This document shows, in pieces, positions 60,049-64,000 of a DNA stretch of 64,000 nt; within the stretch, counting starts at the first letter, position 1, and each line of letters opens with the position of its first letter. The stretch is taken from contig CAWGXL010000010.1 in assembly GCA_963826535.1 (NCBI GenBank), positions 234,814 through 298,813 of the forward strand, given 5' to 3'. The stretch is from an uncultured bacterium (GTDB lineage Bacteria; Patescibacteriota; Microgenomatia; Levybacterales; UBA12049). The position numbers and the translations under genes are program-made. Below the pieces are notes generated by a model that saw nothing but the letters and a program-made list of their open reading frames with translations, was not told the origin of the DNA and did no database searches.

Positions 60049-62166
60049 TTATTGCTGATATAAATTACTTAAAAATTCCTCGGCATTTCTTACCAACACG
60101 TCCCGTGGTTTTGCTCCTTCAGCTTGACCGACGATCCCCATCTCTTCAAGTTGGTCAAGAATTCTCGCGGCTCTTGCGTAACCAATGGACATTTTTCTCT
60201 GTAAAAATGATGCTGATGCCGTATTGAATTGACACACAAGACGTATAGCATCCTCTAACTGCCCGTCACGGCCATCTGCTCCGGTCGAAGACACGCCTTT
60301 TCCACCTTTTAACGGAAGAGGTTGTGAAATAACTTCTTCGGTATACTCTACTGGGTAATTTTTGGACTTGAGATAGTCAACTAGCTTCTTTATCTCTTTT
60401 TCTGAAACATAAGTCCCCTGAATACGGGTTGGCTTAGCCTGATCCGGAGGAATATATAACATATCTCCGCGGCCAAGTAATTTTTCGGCACCTGGACTAT
60501 CTATAATAACACGCGAGTCAACCATAGATGAAACATTAAATGCAATACGACAGGGAATATTAGCCTTAATGAGTCCGGTAATAACATTTACTGATGGCCT
60601 CTGAGTTGCAATAACTAAATGAATTCCGGTAGCTCTAGCCATTTGCGCTATTCTTGCAATTGCGTCTTCTACCTCAACAGGAGCAAACATCATTAAGTCG
60701 GCTAATTCATCAATAAAAATTACTATATACGGCAATACCTGAAAGCCGGCAAGTTCATTATAAGAATCAATATTTCTCACACCCCGTTCTGCAAAAAGAC
60801 GATATCTTTTATCCATTTCCGCCATAGACCATTTAAGCGCCGAAAGAATTTTTTCAGGCTCCACTATGACCGGTGTCAGCAAATGGGGGATACCATTATA
60901 ACTCGTAAACTCGACGCGTTTGGGATCAATAAGTATCAGCCTGACTTCTTGCGGAGAAGCACGGAATAAGAGAGAAGAAATAAACGAGTTGATCAAGACA
61001 GATTTACCTGACCCGGTAGTTCCCGCAACCAAAACATGTGGCATTTTTGCAATATCTATCGCGACTGGACTACCGGAAACATCAAGTCCGAGTGATACGG
61101 ACAACTTCGATTTTACCTTTTGCATAACATTTGAGCTAAGCATAGTTTTAAGCGTTACCACTTCAAGGGTGCGATTTGGAATTTCTATACCAACTAAACT
61201 TCGTCCAGGAATTGGTGCCTCAATTCTGATCTGTCCTGTCGGAGCTTCGGTTGCCAGAGCCAAGTCATTTGTTAGGGTTGTAATTTTTGAAACTTTTGTT
61301 CCAAGTGCTATTTCAATCGCATACTGTGTTACAGCAGGACCTAGATTGACCTCGGCCACACGAGCTTCAACGCCAAAACTTTCAAGAGTCTTTTCAATTG
61401 TCGAGGCGCTTTTATTGATATCTCCTCGGTCTGCTTTATGACCTGATACCTCAGACAAGAGTGAAAGGGAAGGGTATTCCCACACTCCATGAACTGTTTG
61501 ACTAAGAACATTACTGACAAGCTTATCCGGTAATATTTCCGGAGCCTTTTTATGAATGACAGGCGGCGGCTGGTTAGTCTTAAGTGGAGGAATATCTTGC
61601 TTTTGATCCTGTGCTCCCTTGATCGTCATCGGTTTATTGCGGTTTATAAGCGGTTTAGGCCGTGAGGCAAAAACAGAATAAGGAATAAGCCGTTTGAAAG
61701 TTTTGCCAATAACAACTAATCCCTCCAAAATTTCATCGAGTGAAGTATCAAAAAATACGATAATACCCACTAACAAACCGCCAATAAAGACTATATCTGC
61801 ACCCCTTGGAGAAATAATCTCAGCAAGTACAAAAAAAATCTGCTGTCCGATCACTCCGCTTCGGGTCAAACTTAAAAGGGAAAAAAAGAACAAGATATAT
61901 CCAAGTGTAACGTTTAGTCTGGAGAGATAAAGTCTCTTCGAATTTATAAATAGAAAGCCTATAAAGAAAAATACAAGAGGAAACAAGAAAGCCAAAGAAC
62001 CAAAAAGACCATTAAGTATTTGATTAAAATACAAAACTGCGCCTACTCTTTTACTAAATGACAGAAGACATATTACTGTTACCAAGAAACTGGCGATTGC
62101 AAAAAGTGTATAAACAGTTTTTTTCTTAAGCTTGAGCTTAAAAAGCTTAGCTCTCCTCCTGGGCAT
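60049..62166 (-). CDS. ftsK: DNA translocase FtsK/SpoIIIE
   Basis: PHVLVAGTTGSGKS, IDELADLM, ATQRPS, gamma domain LQRK..IGYARAAR. Confidence 0.97.
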   Translation of the reverse strand: MPRRRAKLFKLKLKKKTVYTLFAIASFLVTVICLLSFSKRVGAVLYFNQILNGLFGSLAFLFPLVFFFIGFLFINSKRLYLSRLNVTLGYILFFFSLLSLTRSGVIGQQIFFVLAEIISPRGADIVFIGGLLVGIIVFFDTSLDEILEGLVVIGKTFKRLIPYSVFASRPKPLINRNKPMTIKGAQDQKQDIPPLKTNQPPPVIHKKAPEILPDKLVSNVLSQTVHGVWEYPSLSLLSEVSGHKADRGDINKSASTIEKTLESFGVEARVAEVNLGPAVTQYAIEIALGTKVSKITTLTNDLALATEAPTGQIRIEAPIPGRSLVGIEIPNRTLEVVTLKTMLSSNVMQKVKSKLSVSLGLDVSGSPVAIDIAKMPHVLVAGTTGSGKSVLINSFISSLLFRASPQEVRLILIDPKRVEFTSYNGIPHLLTPVIVEPEKILSALKWSMAEMDKRYRLFAERGVRNIDSYNELAGFQVLPYIVIFIDELADLMMFAPVEVEDAIARIAQMARATGIHLVIATQRPSVNVITGLIKANIPCRIAFNVSSMVDSRVIIDSPGAEKLLGRGDMLYIPPDQAKPTRIQGTYVSEKEIKKLVDYLKSKNYPVEYTEEVISQPLPLKGGKGVSSTGADGRDGQLEDAIRLVCQFNTASASFLQRKMSIGYARAARILDQLEEMGIVGQAEGAKPRDVLVRNAEEFLSNLYQQ

Positions 62167-62354
62167 ATAAAGTATTATATACCACTCCGCTTTGAATTTG
62201 CAAAAATTGGTATATACCTACCGGAGCTTTCAAAACTAAAATCTAACTGCCATCTTAGCATAAATAGCTTCAAATTCAGAGCTTCGTTAGGTATTATACT
62301 TATTGTATTTTGAAAGCAGAGGGGTATAGAACTTTGGGGATGAGATAACAACTT

Positions 62355-63509
62355 TTATATACTGTAAACAACCTCAGCCGCCCGTTGTGGAACTCTTTTA
62401 GGCCATTGTTCTTGTTGGTCGCGTCGCGGAATATATCCCGAAAATAAATCTTTTGCAGCGCTCAAAGATATATTATATGTCCTTTCTAATTCTGTAGAAT
62501 CCATCGATAATCGGTCAACAGATATAGATCTAGGATAACTAACTCCAATATTGACTTTAGTATCTCTTGGCCTTTTTTCTCGGTACATCGCGTAATCAGT
62601 TGCCTCTTTGTATCTCTCATCATTGGTTTCAATCATTTCTTTAAATTTAGGAGATAGACCCCAGGTTAATCCCCAACTATTAAATCTTCTGTAACACTCA
62701 ATCAGGGGACTCCCTTCCTCTTCCAATGGATGTGACAACATTACAAGAACATCTGTTGCTCCCAGTTTTTTAACTGCGTGTTCAATCGGTAAAGGGTCAC
62801 CAACTCCTCCATCTCCGCCTCGAATACCATTTATCTCAACATACGGTATATTTGATAACAAAGGAAGATTTCCCGATGCTATGGTTGCACTAATGAGGTC
62901 TGTAGATCCATCTTTTGAATTAGGATATACGACCAGTCCTGTTTCGATATCTGTGACTCCAATATGTATTATTCCTCGCGAATTTTCAATCTGCCTAAGA
63001 TCTACCGGCACATCGATTCGATGACTTTTCTCAAGTCCTTTCATATCTACCACGCCTCTCCAAGCACGTCTTTTATCTATAAGTCTATTTTTAATATTAT
63101 GCTTAAAATAAAACTCCGCTCCTACCCTTGCTTGTTTAGCAACTGTACGCAAAACGCAAAATGCACCTGTAGATACACCCACCCAATGATCAATTTGGTC
63201 GGTAAATTTTAGATCCTCCATTGCCACACAATTCCCGGCTGGGACCACCCCTCTCTGGACGCCCGGACCAATAACTACCGCTGTCACAATACGTTTATGA
63301 TCAGGGTCTCCATCTCGCAGCATCTCCGCTTTCCTTTTAAAATTTCTCAAGACAGTATCCATTTCGCCTCCAAATGCTATTTCTGTTTCTAAGGGCCTCG
63401 CATTCTCACGAGGAATTGTTCGTTCAGGTTTACGACGTAAATTCAAGCTAGGCATTCTATCGTAAAGCCCAGCTATAGCTGTAGTAGCACTGGTAAGTTC
63501 TGCTCTCAC
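62355..63509 (-). CDS. Patatin-like phospholipase
   Basis: GVSTG (GxSxG), DGG, Gly-rich GPGVQRG. Confidence 0.8.
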   Translation of the reverse strand: MRAELTSATTAIAGLYDRMPSLNLRRKPERTIPRENARPLETEIAFGGEMDTVLRNFKRKAEMLRDGDPDHKRIVTAVVIGPGVQRGVVPAGNCVAMEDLKFTDQIDHWVGVSTGAFCVLRTVAKQARVGAEFYFKHNIKNRLIDKRRAWRGVVDMKGLEKSHRIDVPVDLRQIENSRGIIHIGVTDIETGLVVYPNSKDGSTDLISATIASGNLPLLSNIPYVEINGIRGGDGGVGDPLPIEHAVKKLGATDVLVMLSHPLEEEGSPLIECYRRFNSWGLTWGLSPKFKEMIETNDERYKEATDYAMYREKRPRDTKVNIGVSYPRSISVDRLSMDSTELERTYNISLSAAKDLFSGYIPRRDQQEQWPKRVPQRAAEVVYSI

Positions 63510-63570
63510 ATGCTTTTCTAATAGAGTATATCAATCTCAACCGTACAAGCTTGACAAAAACCTAACAAAA

Positions 63571-63999
63571 TTATACTTCTATAACAACTGGCAAAACCAG
63601 CGGCCTGCTCCGGAACTTCTTCAAAATATGCCGCTCTGCAATGTCGCCGATCAACTTCCGGATATGTACCCAATTCGTAACCTTACCTTGGCGCGCCAAA
63701 AGCTCCTTCTCTATCTCTTTTCCTAAAGTAAGAGAAATGTGCGCTTGAATATCTTTAAGCGAAGAACCTCGCATTATCACCTCAGGAGAACCGGCAAGTT
63801 GCCCGGTTGACGCGTTGATTTCAGCCATAACAATAAAAATACCTTCTTGTGCCAGTTTTTCCCGGTCCCGGATAAGATAATTCTCAACTTCTTCACCGGA
63901 AACTTTATCGACATAAACATTTTTTGTCTCTATTTTCCGGCCGAATTTTGCAGTATTTTTACTAAATATTATTTCCTGCCCATTTTCAACAATAAAAAT
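63571..63999 (-). CDS. rnj: Ribonuclease J, C-terminal part (5' end outside window)
   Basis: Frame open to the window edge: ENGQ..VYVD..RDREKLAQEG..PEVIMRG..RPLVLPVVIEV; rnj-ftsK synteny. Confidence 0.9.
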   Translation of the reverse strand: MFIVENGQEIIFSKNTAKFGRKIETKNVYVDKVSGEEVENYLIRDREKLAQEGIFIVMAEINASTGQLAGSPEVIMRGSSLKDIQAHISLTLGKEIEKELLARQGKVTNWVHIRKLIGDIAERHILKKFRSRPLVLPVVIEV

Positions 64000-64000
64000 A

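Noticed and set aside
36868-61441. Long antisense or overlapping ORFs (e.g. 37055-37507, 45049-45519, 60920-61441)
   Set aside because: Shadow frames of well-conserved genes, with no motifs or expression signals.
62294-62353. Possible duplicated rnj 3' end after the patatin gene (attatactt and ataacaact both match 63570-63589)
   Set aside because: Only two separate 9-mers in AT-rich DNA, split by about 40 bp; compatible with chance.

Overview
AT-rich bacterial chromosome segment using genetic code 11. Gene content and style (α2-type GlyRS, short AtpH, split GlmU, many GT-C membrane glycosyltransferases, murT-gatD) point to a Patescibacteria/CPR (Microgenomates-like) genome; this assignment is an inference. 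Core blocks are recO-glyS, the mraZ-rsmH-ftsL-ftsI and mur/glmU cell-wall genes, a ~10 kb surface-glycosylation locus, the F1Fo ATP synthase operon, dnaE, gatCAB, murT-gatD, lemA-htpX, polX, ftsK, the 3' part of rnj, and three tRNAs (Thr-CGT, Asp-GTC, Gly-CCC). Five observations stand out. (1) The last 33 bp of recO occur three times in direct orientation, delimiting two integrase-free mini-cassettes (533 bp membrane gene; 702 bp MntA-HepT toxin-antitoxin pair), and the repeat variants preserve the RecO reading frame. (2) Several nested palindromic repeat families are present, including a ~140 bp covarying composite placed directly against the Shine-Dalgarno sites of atpE and lemA, and a 71 bp palindrome inside the gatB reading frame. 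(3) The tRNA-Thr 3' end is 1 nt from the next start codon. (4) Two CIRCE-geometry operators lie 60 bp apart with no adjacent heat-shock gene. (5) murB is C-terminally truncated and abuts an orphan transglutaminase gene. All calls come from motif recognition by eye; no database searches were run.
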